Below are positions 10,996 through 21,356 of a DNA stretch of 64,000 bases, piece by piece. This DNA comes from Gammaproteobacteria bacterium (GTDB lineage Bacteria > Pseudomonadota > Gammaproteobacteria > Eutrophobiales > Eutrophobiaceae), in the NCBI GenBank assembly GCA_030829985.1, contig JAURNW010000013.1, positions 35,469-99,468 on the forward strand, read 5' to 3'. Under the pieces are notes generated by a model. It was not told where the DNA came from. It worked only from the letters and a program-made list of their open reading frames with translations, and searched no databases. Numbering within the stretch: position 1 is the stretch's first letter; each line of letters opens with the position of its first letter. The position numbers and the translations under genes were made by a program.

Positions 10996-11295
10996 CTAGT
11001 GACTAACATCACTGTGTCCTAATGACATATCGGGCTCTATCCGATCACGAATTAATTGCTTTAATTCTTTAGATTCTGGAAACCTGCCCAACTCTTTTCT
11101 GGAGAAAATTTCTTCCCCATCCAGAAATACGGTAAAAACTCCTCCAGTAGACGGAATCAAAGCTAATTCTCCCAGCTTTTCAGCAAAGGTCATTAATAAC
11201 TCTTGCGCCAGCCAATTTGCCCTGAGAATAAAACGACACTGTGTACAATATTGAATTTCTACTCTGGGAGTGTGAATCTTTGCAACCATTTCCAT
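10996..11295 (-). CDS. SelT/SelW/SelH (Rdx) family protein
   Basis: YCTQC CxxC, WLAQELL and GHSD C-terminus. Confidence 0.9.
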   Translation of the reverse strand: MEMVAKIHTPRVEIQYCTQCRFILRANWLAQELLMTFAEKLGELALIPSTGGVFTVFLDGEEIFSRKELGRFPESKELKQLIRDRIEPDMSLGHSDVSH

Positions 11296-11342
11296 ACAAA
11301 CACCTCTAAAACCTATAAAACATTAATTGCAGGAGAAGAATC

Positions 11343-11732
11343 GTGTTAAATAATCATTACAGAACAGTATTTTATTCCGTAATTTTATCATTGCTTCCAG
11401 TAACTTCTTATGCAGACGTAAAAATATATTTTGGCGTGCCTACTGTTACTCATAACAAACAGCATTATTATCCACAAAATAATTACAACAGACACAATAA
11501 TCTCTACAAAAGAAATAACAATGCTTATTCAAATCGCGGACTTACTGATCTCTCCAGCCTCTATAAGTATCAGGGTAATAAACAGGAGTATGAGCGGGCC
11601 ATGTACAATCAAAAAAAATACGGCAACTCATATAATAGAAATAACCGTCGCTTTCAAAATTCATACAATAATGGCTTCCGACATGGCCGAGAGTTTGAGA
11701 GAAAAAACAGAAGTACAAAACTGGGAGATTAA
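11343..11732 (+). CDS. Hypothetical exported Asn/Tyr/Arg-rich protein
   Basis: GTG start after a GGAG RBS; signal-peptide-like N-terminus (SYA-DV); low-complexity mature part. Confidence 0.6.
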   Translation: MLNNHYRTVFYSVILSLLPVTSYADVKIYFGVPTVTHNKQHYYPQNNYNRHNNLYKRNNNAYSNRGLTDLSSLYKYQGNKQEYERAMYNQKKYGNSYNRNNRRFQNSYNNGFRHGREFERKNRSTKLGD

Positions 11733-11733
11733 A

Positions 11734-12972
11734 TTACTGCACATCATACTGTTGCAAAAGGTTCTTCAAACGAATTAACAAATATAATCCTGGCAATGCA
11801 ATAATAAAGGTCAGCATAAAAAAGATTTCCCAACCAAAAAGGGCGACAATTTCACCCGATGGAGGTCCAACAAAGACTCGCCCTATCGCAGATAGCGCTG
11901 ATAACAAGGCAAATTGTGTAGCGGTATATTTATGATTACATAAGGCCATTAATAACGCGACAAAAGCAGCTGTACCCATACCACCAGATAGGTTTTCCAT
12001 ACCTATCACTATCATCATGCCGAGATAATTTTTCCCAATAATAGCTAAGCCCATAAAACCAAGATTGGTTAAAGCCTGGCAGATTCCAAACCATAATAAA
12101 GAACGATATAAACCGAGTTGTACCATAATGGCGCCACCAAAAATAACGCCGACTAATGTTGCAATGAGTCCAAAACCTTTATTCACCACCCCTACTTCAG
12201 ATATGGAAAAATCGAGTGATTGAATTAAAAAAGCCGTTGTTAGCGTTCCAGCAAAAGCATCACCCATTTTATAAAGGATAATTAATACTAATAACAAGAT
12301 TGCAGAAGGTCGATTTATGAATTCTACGAATGGTTTTATCACAGCATCTTGCAGTGACTTGGGCGCATTGCTGTCATCGGGTTGATAACAGAAGAAAGAA
12401 GTTGTCATCCCAATCAACATTAATCCGGCCATAATAAAATAAGCCGTTTTCCAGTCGATCAGATCAGCAATAATCAACGCACCCGCTCCTGAAATAAGCA
12501 TTGCTATACGGTATCCAGCAACCGAAACAGCCGCACCAAACCCCCTTTCTTTGGCTGGGAGCACATCTGTGCGATAAGCATCAAAGGCAATATCTTGAGA
12601 AGCAGAGCAAAAGGCGATAAAGAACGCAATCATTCCCATGATCTTTAAGTCTTCATCGGGCGTTAATAAGCCCATTAAAGTAATCAGGATTAATAGCCCA
12701 CACTGCGTAAGGAACATCCAGCCTCGACGCCGACCAAGGCTGTTTGGTACAAACCTGTCCATTAAAGGCGACCAGATAAATTTTAGGGTATAAGGCAAAC
12801 CCGCTAATGAAAACCAACCGATAGAACGAATGTTTACATCAACGTCGGCCAACCATGCTTGTAATGTACCGGTACTTAGCGCTAATGGTAAACCAGACGA
12901 AAACCCCAAAAGCAGGATCGTCATCATCCGCGCATTGAATAGATGTTCGATAGATTGTCTAGTTAGTAACAT
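11734..12972 (-). CDS. ampG: AmpG muropeptide MFS transporter
   Basis: LLLGFSSGLP, KFIWSPLMD, GRRRGW, ASQDIAFDAYR and TATQFALLSAL motifs. Confidence 0.93.
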   Translation of the reverse strand: MLLTRQSIEHLFNARMMTILLLGFSSGLPLALSTGTLQAWLADVDVNIRSIGWFSLAGLPYTLKFIWSPLMDRFVPNSLGRRRGWMFLTQCGLLILITLMGLLTPDEDLKIMGMIAFFIAFCSASQDIAFDAYRTDVLPAKERGFGAAVSVAGYRIAMLISGAGALIIADLIDWKTAYFIMAGLMLIGMTTSFFCYQPDDSNAPKSLQDAVIKPFVEFINRPSAILLLVLIILYKMGDAFAGTLTTAFLIQSLDFSISEVGVVNKGFGLIATLVGVIFGGAIMVQLGLYRSLLWFGICQALTNLGFMGLAIIGKNYLGMMIVIGMENLSGGMGTAAFVALLMALCNHKYTATQFALLSALSAIGRVFVGPPSGEIVALFGWEIFFMLTFIIALPGLYLLIRLKNLLQQYDVQ

Positions 12973-13010
12973 GGAATGTCATTGTTGTTATTCTCACGTT
13001 ATCATAAAGC

Positions 13011-13478
13011 ATGGGCATAGAAATTGAACGTAAATATCTTATAGCTAATGATTCCTGGCAAGAAAATGCTGATGAAGGCATACAGATGATTCAAGGTTAT
13101 ATGAGCAGTAATGATAAAAGCTCGGTTCGCATCCGGGTTAACGGCGAGATAGCAAACCTGAATATCAAGAGTAAAACTATTGGCGCCCAACGTAGTGAAT
13201 TTGATTATCTTATTCCTGTAGCAGAAGCTATGGAAATGCTTGAGACTTTATGTAATAAACCCTTTATTAAAAAAACGCGTTATCACGTAAAATTTCAAGA
13301 TCACACTTGGGAAATAGATGTTTTTGCCGGTGAAAATCAGGGGTTAATCGTGGCTGAACTGGAGTTGAATTCCGTCGACGAAAACTTCGTCTTACCTGAT
13401 TGGATAGGTAAAGAGGTAACAGACGACCCTCGCTATTACAATATTTGCCTTGTAAGTCACCCATATAAAGACTGGTGA
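13011..13478 (+). CDS. CYTH domain protein (triphosphatase/adenylate cyclase family)
   Basis: EIERKY, SVRIR, WEIDVF, AELEL and EVTDDPRYYN motifs. Confidence 0.92.
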   Translation: MGIEIERKYLIANDSWQENADEGIQMIQGYMSSNDKSSVRIRVNGEIANLNIKSKTIGAQRSEFDYLIPVAEAMEMLETLCNKPFIKKTRYHVKFQDHTWEIDVFAGENQGLIVAELELNSVDENFVLPDWIGKEVTDDPRYYNICLVSHPYKDW

Positions 13479-13570
13479 TAGTAGCATTGTGGCATAATTC
13501 AACAATCTCTAAATTGATAGCGCTTTATTAGCATAAACCATTGTTATTTCAATATGTTTCAACATCCGAA

Positions 13571-13618
13571 TACGTTATAATCCAAGTACATTATAATCCA
13601 AGTACGTTATAATCCAAC
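13571..13618 (+). repeat. 3 x 16-bp tandem repeat (TACRTTATAATCCAAS) upstream of moaA
   Basis: TACGTTATAATCCAAG / TACATTATAATCCAAG / TACGTTATAATCCAAC; each copy contains TATAAT. Confidence 0.9.
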
Positions 13619-13678
13619 TATTTCAATGCACCCAGTACATTCGTTAAAATACAAAGATATTTAATTCTCTATATATGT

Positions 13679-14692
13679 ATGGACGTTAAAACCAACACAA
13701 ATGAAGAAGTATTAATCGATAAATTTAATCGAGTTGTCGATTACGTACGTCTTTCGGTTACAGATCGTTGCGACTTTCGCTGTGTCTATTGCATGGATGA
13801 AGAAATGCAGTTTGTGCCACGCGCACAACTTTTAACGTTGGAAGAAATTGCAAGAATAGCCCAGGCTTTCACTGAACTTGGCGTAAAAAAAGTACGTATT
13901 ACCGGTGGTGAGCCACTGATTCGTCGAAACGTCATCAAATTGTTTGAAGATATTGGCCAGTTACCCGGCCTGGATGAATTGGTTTTAACCACTAATGGCT
14001 CACAATTGACAAAACTTGCGCAACCCCTGAAAGATGCCGGTGTTAAACGCATAAATATCAGCCTGGATTCGCTTGATCCTGAAAAATTCAACCGCATAAC
14101 ACGTGTCGGCGAATTACAAAATGTTCTTGCAGGTATAGAAGCGGCACTCGCCGTTGGTTTTGAAAAACTAAAATTAAATGCTGTCATATTAAAAAATCGT
14201 AATCATGATGAAATAATTGATCTGGTTCGTTATGCCAGTGACAGAAAAATGGATATCAGTTTTATTGAGGAAATGCCACTTGGTGTCATAGGTGACCATG
14301 ACCGAGCTGAGGCATATTACTCCAGTGATAAAATAAAAAGCGATCTGGAACAAGAATTTACATTAGTGCCCACGACCGAGACCACTGCTGGACCATCAAA
14401 ATACTACAAGTTAAATGAAACTGGCACACGTGTCGGCTTCATCTCACCACATAGCCATAATTTTTGTGAGCAATGCAACCGGGTAAGATTGACTTGTGAA
14501 GGTCGCTTGTTGTTATGCCTAGGTCAGGAACATTCGGTTGATCTACGAAAAATACTTCGTGCCTACCCCGGCGATATGGATAAACTGAAACAAGCAATAA
14601 AAGATTCGATGTTAATAAAACCTAAAGGGCATGATTTTAATTTAACCGAAAAACCAATCATATTTAGACATATGAATGTCACTGGAGGCTAA
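13679..14692 (+). CDS. moaA: GTP 3',8-cyclase MoaA
   Basis: CDFRCVYC radical SAM motif, C-terminal CEQCNRVR...C cluster, ends in TGG. Confidence 0.96.
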   Translation: MDVKTNTNEEVLIDKFNRVVDYVRLSVTDRCDFRCVYCMDEEMQFVPRAQLLTLEEIARIAQAFTELGVKKVRITGGEPLIRRNVIKLFEDIGQLPGLDELVLTTNGSQLTKLAQPLKDAGVKRINISLDSLDPEKFNRITRVGELQNVLAGIEAALAVGFEKLKLNAVILKNRNHDEIIDLVRYASDRKMDISFIEEMPLGVIGDHDRAEAYYSSDKIKSDLEQEFTLVPTTETTAGPSKYYKLNETGTRVGFISPHSHNFCEQCNRVRLTCEGRLLLCLGQEHSVDLRKILRAYPGDMDKLKQAIKDSMLIKPKGHDFNLTEKPIIFRHMNVTGG

Positions 14693-14693
14693 G

Positions 14694-15554
14694 ATGTCAA
14701 CCTCCTATCGTCCGGAGATGACATCTGCCGGACTTTCACCTACCCAGCTCGTACTCGCCACTGACGAATACCAGAATATACGTGAACTCCATGTCGCAGA
14801 AGAACGTGCGTTAACAATCTATATCGATAGCTATGAAATCGTCACCTTGATGACTTTAGGTACACAGCCAGAAATGCTCGCGCTAGGTTATTTAAAGAAT
14901 CAGGGTCTGGTAAAAAATATAAGTGAAATTAAATCCATTCAGGTAGATTGGGATGTCAATGCTGTTGCAATCACCACATTTGAAGATCGCAATGACTGGA
15001 AAGATAAATTGGGCCCCAGAATTGTTACCACAGGTTGCGGTCAAGGCACTGTCTTCGGCGATATTATGGAACATCTGGATGCACTTGATATAAAGTCAAT
15101 CACAATAAAACAATCACGACTTTATGAATTATTAAAGAACCTGAATGTTTATAACGATGTTTATAAAAATGCTGGTGCGGTTCATGGTTGTGCACTCTGT
15201 CATGATACGGAACCTTTAATCTTTATCGAGGATGTGGGGCGACATAATGCTGTTGATGCGATTGCAGGCAAGATGTGGTTGGAAAGTATTTCCGGTAATG
15301 ACAAAATATTTTATACCACTGGCAGATTAACCTCAGAGATGGTGATTAAGGTCGCGCAAATGGAAATACCTGTATTACTTTCGCGCTCAGGTATTACTAA
15401 AATGGGGTTAAATCTTGCGCGGGACATGAACATAACGCTCTTATCCAGAGCCAAGAGCAAACATTTTCTTGTCTATAACGGTATGGAAAATATTGAATAT
15501 GATGTTGTACTTCCACCGAAACGAGAAGTCGCAAATATGATGAAAGAAGACTAA
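14694..15554 (+). CDS. fdhD: Formate dehydrogenase accessory sulfurtransferase FdhD
   Basis: TTGCGQG, GAVHGCAL, EDVGRHNAVD and TGRLTSEMV motifs; ATG immediately after the moaA stop. Confidence 0.93.
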   Translation: MSTSYRPEMTSAGLSPTQLVLATDEYQNIRELHVAEERALTIYIDSYEIVTLMTLGTQPEMLALGYLKNQGLVKNISEIKSIQVDWDVNAVAITTFEDRNDWKDKLGPRIVTTGCGQGTVFGDIMEHLDALDIKSITIKQSRLYELLKNLNVYNDVYKNAGAVHGCALCHDTEPLIFIEDVGRHNAVDAIAGKMWLESISGNDKIFYTTGRLTSEMVIKVAQMEIPVLLSRSGITKMGLNLARDMNITLLSRAKSKHFLVYNGMENIEYDVVLPPKREVANMMKED

Positions 15555-15602
15555 CTTTTCAATCCAGAACATTAGCACCGCTAAATTAACTAATTAAAGA
15601 TA

Positions 15603-16208
15603 ATGAATATTAACTCAGATGTTACTGGTGTAATACTTGCGGGCGGACAAGCCAGACGTATGGGGGGTAAAGATAAAGGACTTATAAGACTTAATGATAA
15701 ACCCATGATCGAATACATCATCGCGGCCTTCAAACCACAAACATCAAAACTGCTCATAAATGCAAACCGAAACCATGAAGTCTACTCAAGTTACGGCATC
15801 GAAATTATAGCGGACAACCTGTCAGGGTTTTGTGGTCCGTTGGCTGGAATGGCAAGTGCGTTACAGACAATTAAAACAGAGTATATGGTTACCGCACCGT
15901 GTGATTCACCCTTTATACCCGCTGATTTAGTACAACGACTAGCCACAGCGATTGAAAATGAATCAGCAGATATAAGTGTTGCACATAATGGAGATCGCAT
16001 TCAGCCTGTCTTTTGTATGCTTAAAAAATCCCTTGCTCAATCTTTAAATGGTTATCTTGCCAAAGGCGAGAGAAAAATTGATCGCTGGTTTGAACAACAT
16101 AATTATGCAGTCGCAGATTTTTCTGATGTGCCAACAACTTTTGATAATATCAATACACCTGAAGATATTGAAAATGCATTGTCACGGGTAATTGCCAATA
16201 ATGACTGA
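15603..16208 (+). CDS. mobA: Molybdenum cofactor guanylyltransferase MobA
   Basis: ILAGGQARRMGGKDKG, GPLAG, PCDSPF and NINTPED motifs. Confidence 0.95.
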   Translation: MNINSDVTGVILAGGQARRMGGKDKGLIRLNDKPMIEYIIAAFKPQTSKLLINANRNHEVYSSYGIEIIADNLSGFCGPLAGMASALQTIKTEYMVTAPCDSPFIPADLVQRLATAIENESADISVAHNGDRIQPVFCMLKKSLAQSLNGYLAKGERKIDRWFEQHNYAVADFSDVPTTFDNINTPEDIENALSRVIANND

Positions 16209-16749
16209 AATTAATTCAAAAATACCGGTATTGGGCTTTGCGGCTTATAGTGGCACAGGCAAAACAACCTTATTAGTTAAATTAATTCCCTTACTAATTC
16301 AGCATGGTATAGAGGTAGGTGTAATTAAACATGCACATCATAATTTTGAAATAGACCAACCCGGCAAAGACAGTTATGAGTTAAGAAAATCAGGTGCGAG
16401 TCAGATGTTGATCGGCTCAAAAAACCGGTGGGCCTTGATGGTAGAAAAAGAAGAAGCCGATCCAGCAGTCCGTCTGCAAGAATATATCTCACATCTGGAT
16501 CAAAATAAACTGGACATCATATTAGTCGAGGGTTTCAAACCGGAGGTGCTTACCAAGATTGAGTTACATCGTCCTAGCCTGGGTCATCCTTTGTTATGCA
16601 AAACGGATGAAGGTGTCATTGCCATTGCCACTGACGGTGACATTGCAGAAAGTATAGATTTAAAGATACTTGATTTGAATAATTATGAATCGATAGTAAA
16701 TTACATTATTAATACTTTTGATTTAAAGAAAGGGAAAGTTACTAATTAG
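16201..16749 (+). CDS. mobB: Molybdopterin-guanine dinucleotide biosynthesis protein MobB
   Basis: AYSGTGKTTLL, KHAHH, PGKDS and LVEGFK motifs. Confidence 0.93.
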   Translation: MTEINSKIPVLGFAAYSGTGKTTLLVKLIPLLIQHGIEVGVIKHAHHNFEIDQPGKDSYELRKSGASQMLIGSKNRWALMVEKEEADPAVRLQEYISHLDQNKLDIILVEGFKPEVLTKIELHRPSLGHPLLCKTDEGVIAIATDGDIAESIDLKILDLNNYESIVNYIINTFDLKKGKVTN

Positions 16750-16764
16750 ATAATGGATGCATGA

Positions 16765-18033
16765 ATGTCAGAAAAAACTATCAATAAAGACATAAGCTGT
16801 ATGGATGATTTTGATCCAGAGTCAATCTTGCCAGAAGAAGCATTAACCAGGATTTTTAATGCAATATCGGGATTAACTGAAAAAGAAACAGTACCGATTC
16901 GTAATGCATTATCTCGTGTTCTGGCGTCAAATATTAAATCAGAAATAAACGTCCCCTCTGGACGGAATTCTGCTATGGATGGTTATGCAATTAACGCAGA
17001 AGACCTACCCTCTGAAGGGATAAACACTTTACGTTTAATTGGATCCAGTTTTGCTGGGAGACCTTATACTGGAAAACTCAAGAAAGGTGAATGCATTCGC
17101 ATAATGACTGGAGCCATAATGCCAGAGGGTTCCGATACCGTCGTTATCCAGGAAAACGTAAATACGATTGAAAACGAAATTAGTATAGGCATAGACACAA
17201 GAGCTGGAGACAATGTTCGGCAGGCCGGTGAAGACCTTGCCGTTGGTGATCTTGTTTTAGAAAAAGGCATGCGGTTATCTCCCGCGGACATAGGTTTATT
17301 AGCCTCTTTGGGTATAGCGACGGTTGATGTAATACGGAAACTTAAAGTCGCCTTTTTCTCAACCGGTGATGAGTTACGTTCAGTCGGTGAAGAACTTGAG
17401 GTTGGCATGATCTACGACAGCAATCGTTATACGCTTTATGGAATGTTGTCACGGCTTGGAGTCGAGATAATTGACATGGGTGTAGTTAAAGATGATCGCG
17501 AACTAATGGACATGGCCTTTAAAGAAGCTGCTGGAAATGTAGATGTTCTTATTACATCAGGTGGTGTATCAGTTGGCGAAGCAGATTATGTTAAAGAAAC
17601 ATTAGTAAAGCATGGCAAAGTTGATTTCTGGAAGGTTGCAATGAAACCGGGCCGCCCTCTCACATTTGGCAAACTGGATTCAACTTATTTCTTTGGCCTC
17701 CCTGGAAACCCCGTCTCAGTAATGGTTACTTTCTATCAATTTGTACAACCCGCTTTACGTAAGTTAGCCGGTGAAAATGAAACAAGACCCATTATGATGA
17801 AAGTTCCTTGTATAAGTAAGTTAAAGAAACGTCCGGGTCGTGTGGAATATCAGCGTGGAGTTTTGGAGCAAGACGAAACAGGTCGCATGATTGTTAGAAA
17901 AACCGGCGCTCAAGGTTCAGGAATTTTACGCTCAATGGCTGATGCTAATTGTTTTATTGTATTGCCAATAAATAATGACGGTGTGCAACCTGATGATCTG
18001 GTGGATGTGCAAGTCTTTCATGGGTTAATTTGA
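16765..18033 (+). CDS. moeA: Molybdopterin molybdotransferase MoeA
   Basis: SAMDGYA, RIMTGA, STGDEL, TSGGVSVG, KPGRP and GLPGNPVS motifs. Confidence 0.96.
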   Translation: MSEKTINKDISCMDDFDPESILPEEALTRIFNAISGLTEKETVPIRNALSRVLASNIKSEINVPSGRNSAMDGYAINAEDLPSEGINTLRLIGSSFAGRPYTGKLKKGECIRIMTGAIMPEGSDTVVIQENVNTIENEISIGIDTRAGDNVRQAGEDLAVGDLVLEKGMRLSPADIGLLASLGIATVDVIRKLKVAFFSTGDELRSVGEELEVGMIYDSNRYTLYGMLSRLGVEIIDMGVVKDDRELMDMAFKEAAGNVDVLITSGGVSVGEADYVKETLVKHGKVDFWKVAMKPGRPLTFGKLDSTYFFGLPGNPVSVMVTFYQFVQPALRKLAGENETRPIMMKVPCISKLKKRPGRVEYQRGVLEQDETGRMIVRKTGAQGSGILRSMADANCFIVLPINNDGVQPDDLVDVQVFHGLI

Positions 18034-18276
18034 CCAAATACGTTTTTTAAATTTCTCATAAAATTCATGAGCCGATGCTTTACCATACCGTTTTTCTACA
18101 GCTTTCAAAATCTTCTCTGTTTTTAATCCTTTTGCTTTTAGCTCCTTCAAAATTTGACGCATGGCATTAGTTGACCATTCATTTTCAAGCCCGTCAAAAA
18201 GCATCTCAAACAATGTGTCAGACCAAAGTGTCCTAAGATCTGTCTTTTCTAACACCTCTTCTGTCTTGACGATCAT
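18025..18276 (-). CDS. Hypothetical small protein
   Basis: 83-aa ORF filling the gap, convergent on moeA; no recognisable motif. Confidence 0.5.
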   Translation of the reverse strand: MIVKTEEVLEKTDLRTLWSDTLFEMLFDGLENEWSTNAMRQILKELKAKGLKTEKILKAVEKRYGKASAHEFYEKFKKRIWSN

Positions 18277-18371
18277 TTTATGTTCATTTTAATAAACCAG
18301 AGACTACATTAGCAGACATTATTATTTCAATCTGGGAAGCAATTCACGTTTATGTAAAATTAGTTTAAAGC

Positions 18372-19583
18372 TTACTTATTTTTAATTTTCATTATCTCAT
18401 CTACAATCAGACGACTGAACGGCAATGAACATGTAAATGCGGGTGAAACTGCATTTAAGACATGAAAGGATTTAGTGTCTCCCTCAAACTTAAAATCCAT
18501 TTCCAGTTGTTTCGTTTTGGTGTTTATGAGCTGCGCCCTTAATCCCGGATGTCCCCATTTCTTAAAATCTCCTGGGTTAATGTTTTTCACTAATGTGCCT
18601 GCTAATTGCACAAGTTTCTTTTTAGAATATTTTTGCATTTCCTGGAAAGCGAGATTTCTAAATCCAAAATTATTTGACAGAAACAAACCCGCATCAATGC
18701 CAACAATATCAACCAGCTCTTCCAGATTAAATTTTTCCCACCCAGTGTAGTTTTCGCGCCAAAATGCAGGAATAGCTGTCGGGCCTATCTTGGTTTTATT
18801 TTCTGCTGTGACTGTAAAGTGCACACCGAGAAAAGGATTTCTTAGATCGGGCACAGGGTAGACATTCGTTTTTAATTTCAAGCCGCTATCATTTGCATAT
18901 AGATACAAACCCTTAAAAGGTAATATTTTATAATTTTTAGAGAAAGCAAAGTCTCGCGCGATTTTGTCCGCATATAAACCTCCGGCATTGATCAAATATC
19001 CTGGGGAAAAATTACCTTTCGATGTTATGACGTTATTCTCTGAATTTTCTATATAAGCAGTGTCTGTCAATATTGCTACACCAGCATCAATAAGCTTTTT
19101 TGTAATTGATTCGACAACTTGTTTTGGATTGACTGTAGCCGTTGTTGGAGACCAAAGGGCACGTTCATAAGTGAATGCATGAGGCTCTATTTCTGTTGCT
19201 TCAGCAGCTGAAAGCATTTCCAGATTAACATTGTTGATTCTGGCTCGCCGTTCTAGCTCGTCCAGTCCATTCAGTTCTTCTTCATTCCGTGCAACGACCA
19301 GTTTTCCACATTGATTAAGTGTCAAATCATTTTCTAAACAATACTCACGCCAGGCAAAATTTCCATCACGGCATAACTTTGCCTTTAATGAATCTGCTGT
19401 GTAATAAAAACCGGCATGTAATACGCCACTATTTCGACCACTGGCATGAACACCGGGTCGACTCTCTTTTTCAATTATCATTATTTTTTGATCGGGAAAC
19501 CTTTTCTTTAATTCAAAAGCAATTGTCAGGCCGACAATTCCCGCTCCGATAATCAAAAAATCGGGGGATTTATTATTTAACAT
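18372..19583 (-). CDS. lhgO: L-2-hydroxyglutarate oxidase-like FAD-dependent oxidoreductase
   Basis: GAGIVG, SGRNSGVLHAG, PFLGVHFT, GLRAQ and NAVSPAFT motifs. Confidence 0.85.
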   Translation of the reverse strand: MLNNKSPDFLIIGAGIVGLTIAFELKKRFPDQKIMIIEKESRPGVHASGRNSGVLHAGFYYTADSLKAKLCRDGNFAWREYCLENDLTLNQCGKLVVARNEEELNGLDELERRARINNVNLEMLSAAEATEIEPHAFTYERALWSPTTATVNPKQVVESITKKLIDAGVAILTDTAYIENSENNVITSKGNFSPGYLINAGGLYADKIARDFAFSKNYKILPFKGLYLYANDSGLKLKTNVYPVPDLRNPFLGVHFTVTAENKTKIGPTAIPAFWRENYTGWEKFNLEELVDIVGIDAGLFLSNNFGFRNLAFQEMQKYSKKKLVQLAGTLVKNINPGDFKKWGHPGLRAQLINTKTKQLEMDFKFEGDTKSFHVLNAVSPAFTCSLPFSRLIVDEIMKIKNK

Positions 19584-19590
19584 GTTTTAT

Positions 19591-20028
19591 TCAAATTCCT
19601 GGTGTATTCTTCTCAACCCATTTGCTACCCGAAGTAGTACTCTCTTTCTTCCAAAAAGGTGCGCTAGACTTTAGTTGCTCCATCATAGACCGACAACTTT
19701 CAAAAGCTTCTTTTCTATGGGCAGACCAACTCGCGACAACTACGATATCCTCACCTATCGTTACCTTGCCAATTCTATGCAGTATAAGCACATCAAGTAA
19801 TCTCCATTTTTCTGTGGCTTCTCTGGCAATGGCATTAAGATGTTTTTCAGTCATCCCAGGATAATGCTCTAGTGTCATGCTGGTTACTTTTCTATCTTCA
19901 TTAAAATCTCGCATGGATCCGACAAAGCTAGCTGTTGCACCATACTCTCCAGAAAAGTTTTGACTTTCCTGATATGAAAGTATCTCTCGATATGCATTAA
20001 ATGATTCTTTACGAATATCAACCAGCAT
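19591..20028 (-). CDS. moaE: Molybdopterin synthase catalytic subunit MoaE
   Basis: LEHYPGMT, HRIG, SAHRKEAF and APFWKKE motifs. Confidence 0.95.
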   Translation of the reverse strand: MLVDIRKESFNAYREILSYQESQNFSGEYGATASFVGSMRDFNEDRKVTSMTLEHYPGMTEKHLNAIAREATEKWRLLDVLILHRIGKVTIGEDIVVVASWSAHRKEAFESCRSMMEQLKSSAPFWKKESTTSGSKWVEKNTPGI

Positions 20029-20031
20029 CGT

Positions 20032-20268
20032 CTAACCTCCAGTCACAGGGGGGAAAAAAGCAACTTCATCTCCGGCTATTAGCTGCCGCTCGGATTTTAC
20101 ATATTCCATGTTTACCGTCATCATGACATTATCGAATTCGATATTTTTACGTCTAATTATTTCCATCCAAAGATCGTGTACCGTGGTATTTTCCTCAATA
20201 TCTATGGTCACACTAGCCTCACCGATTAATTCACGTAGACTGGCAAAGTATTTAATGGAAACCTGCAT
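20032..20268 (-). CDS. moaD: Molybdopterin synthase sulfur carrier MoaD
   Basis: YFASLRE...GDEVAFFPPVTGG; adjacent to moaE. Confidence 0.95.
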   Translation of the reverse strand: MQVSIKYFASLRELIGEASVTIDIEENTTVHDLWMEIIRRKNIEFDNVMMTVNMEYVKSERQLIAGDEVAFFPPVTGG

Positions 20269-20343
20269 TTCTTCAACCTGTTATTTATCTAAATTGCTTA
20301 TTTGAGTAGTATTAACACATTATATCAAAGAGATAAGAATCTT

Positions 20344-20817
20344 ATGTCTAAATTAACCCATTTTAACGATAAAGGTAGCGCGCATATGGTCGATATCGGT
20401 CAAAAATCGATAACGCACAGAATTGCTATCGCTAGCGGTTCTATATCAATGCAGGCGGAAACATTATCATTAATCGAAGCCGGTAGTCATAAGAAGGGCG
20501 ATGTCCTGGGGATAGCAAGAATCGCCGGCATAATGGCAGCGAAAAAAACCAGCGAGTTGATACCGCTTTGTCATCCACTTACTCTGACACATATTAATAT
20601 TGATTTAAGTATCACTAAAGAAACTGATTCTATCTATTGCGAATGCCGAACGGAGACTGAGGGTAAAACAGGCGTTGAAATGGAGGCATTAACCGCTGTC
20701 CAGATCACTCTGCTAACAATTTATGATATGTGTAAAGCGGTGGACAGAGGAATGACCATGTCCGATATTAAATTATTGAAAAAATCTGGTGGTAAATCAG
20801 GCGCTTGGGAAAGATAA
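20344..20817 (+). CDS. moaC: Cyclic pyranopterin monophosphate synthase MoaC
   Basis: [33 protein letters not shown] and KSGG motifs. Confidence 0.96.
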   Translation: MSKLTHFNDKGSAHMVDIGQKSITHRIAIASGSISMQAETLSLIEAGSHKKGDVLGIARIAGIMAAKKTSELIPLCHPLTLTHINIDLSITKETDSIYCECRTETEGKTGVEMEALTAVQITLLTIYDMCKAVDRGMTMSDIKLLKKSGGKSGAWER

Positions 20818-21011
20818 ATCGATAGATATTTCGGGAATTATCCTTGCATTATTTCAAGATTCGTAAAAATGTATTTGGATTGGTATTATTCACCATATAT
20901 CGTAATTATTACGACAAAAATCAAATCCTTGAGTATACTACGGTCAAATTAATGGCTAGCATAAATAGTCTAACGTCGTTTATACCAGTTAATGTTTGGA
21001 GTATTAGAATA

Positions 21012-21299
21012 ATGGGTACATACAAAACCGATAGCAGTACTAATAGAAGTCACGGTATTCTGAAATATCCGCGCACTGAAGTTGAATTTATTAAAATATT
21101 AGACCACTTTGTAGGTAGAAATATAGTCAAGGCAGTAGAGCATTTTGGGATTCCAGAACATGAACTGGATCTTGAAAGTGGACATAAAGCCATTAAATTC
21201 ACTAAATCTGCTATTAGTTTTAACAGTCAATGTACTTTTACAATCAATAATGTTGGTAATATTACTAATTATGAATTTGTAAGAGGCGAAATAGCATAA
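21012..21299 (+). CDS. Hypothetical protein (start uncertain; ORF extends upstream to 20844)
   Basis: Open frame ending at a strong hairpin; no recognisable motif. Confidence 0.4.
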   Translation: MGTYKTDSSTNRSHGILKYPRTEVEFIKILDHFVGRNIVKAVEHFGIPEHELDLESGHKAIKFTKSAISFNSQCTFTINNVGNITNYEFVRGEIA

Positions 21300-21312
21300 A
21301 GTTAGCTATTCA

Positions 21313-21356
21313 AAAATATGATTGATGTCCTCAGGTGAGGGGCATCAATCATATTT
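21313..21356. terminator. Long hairpin between convergent genes (probable bidirectional terminator)
   Basis: AAATATGATTGATGTCCTC-AGGT-GAGGGGCATCAATCATATTT. Confidence 0.65.

Noticed and set aside
10996-11295. Selenoprotein
   Set aside because: The motif is CxxC with no in-frame TGA.
13571-13618. CRISPR array
   Set aside because: The repeats are 16 bp, directly adjacent with no spacers, and there are no cas genes.
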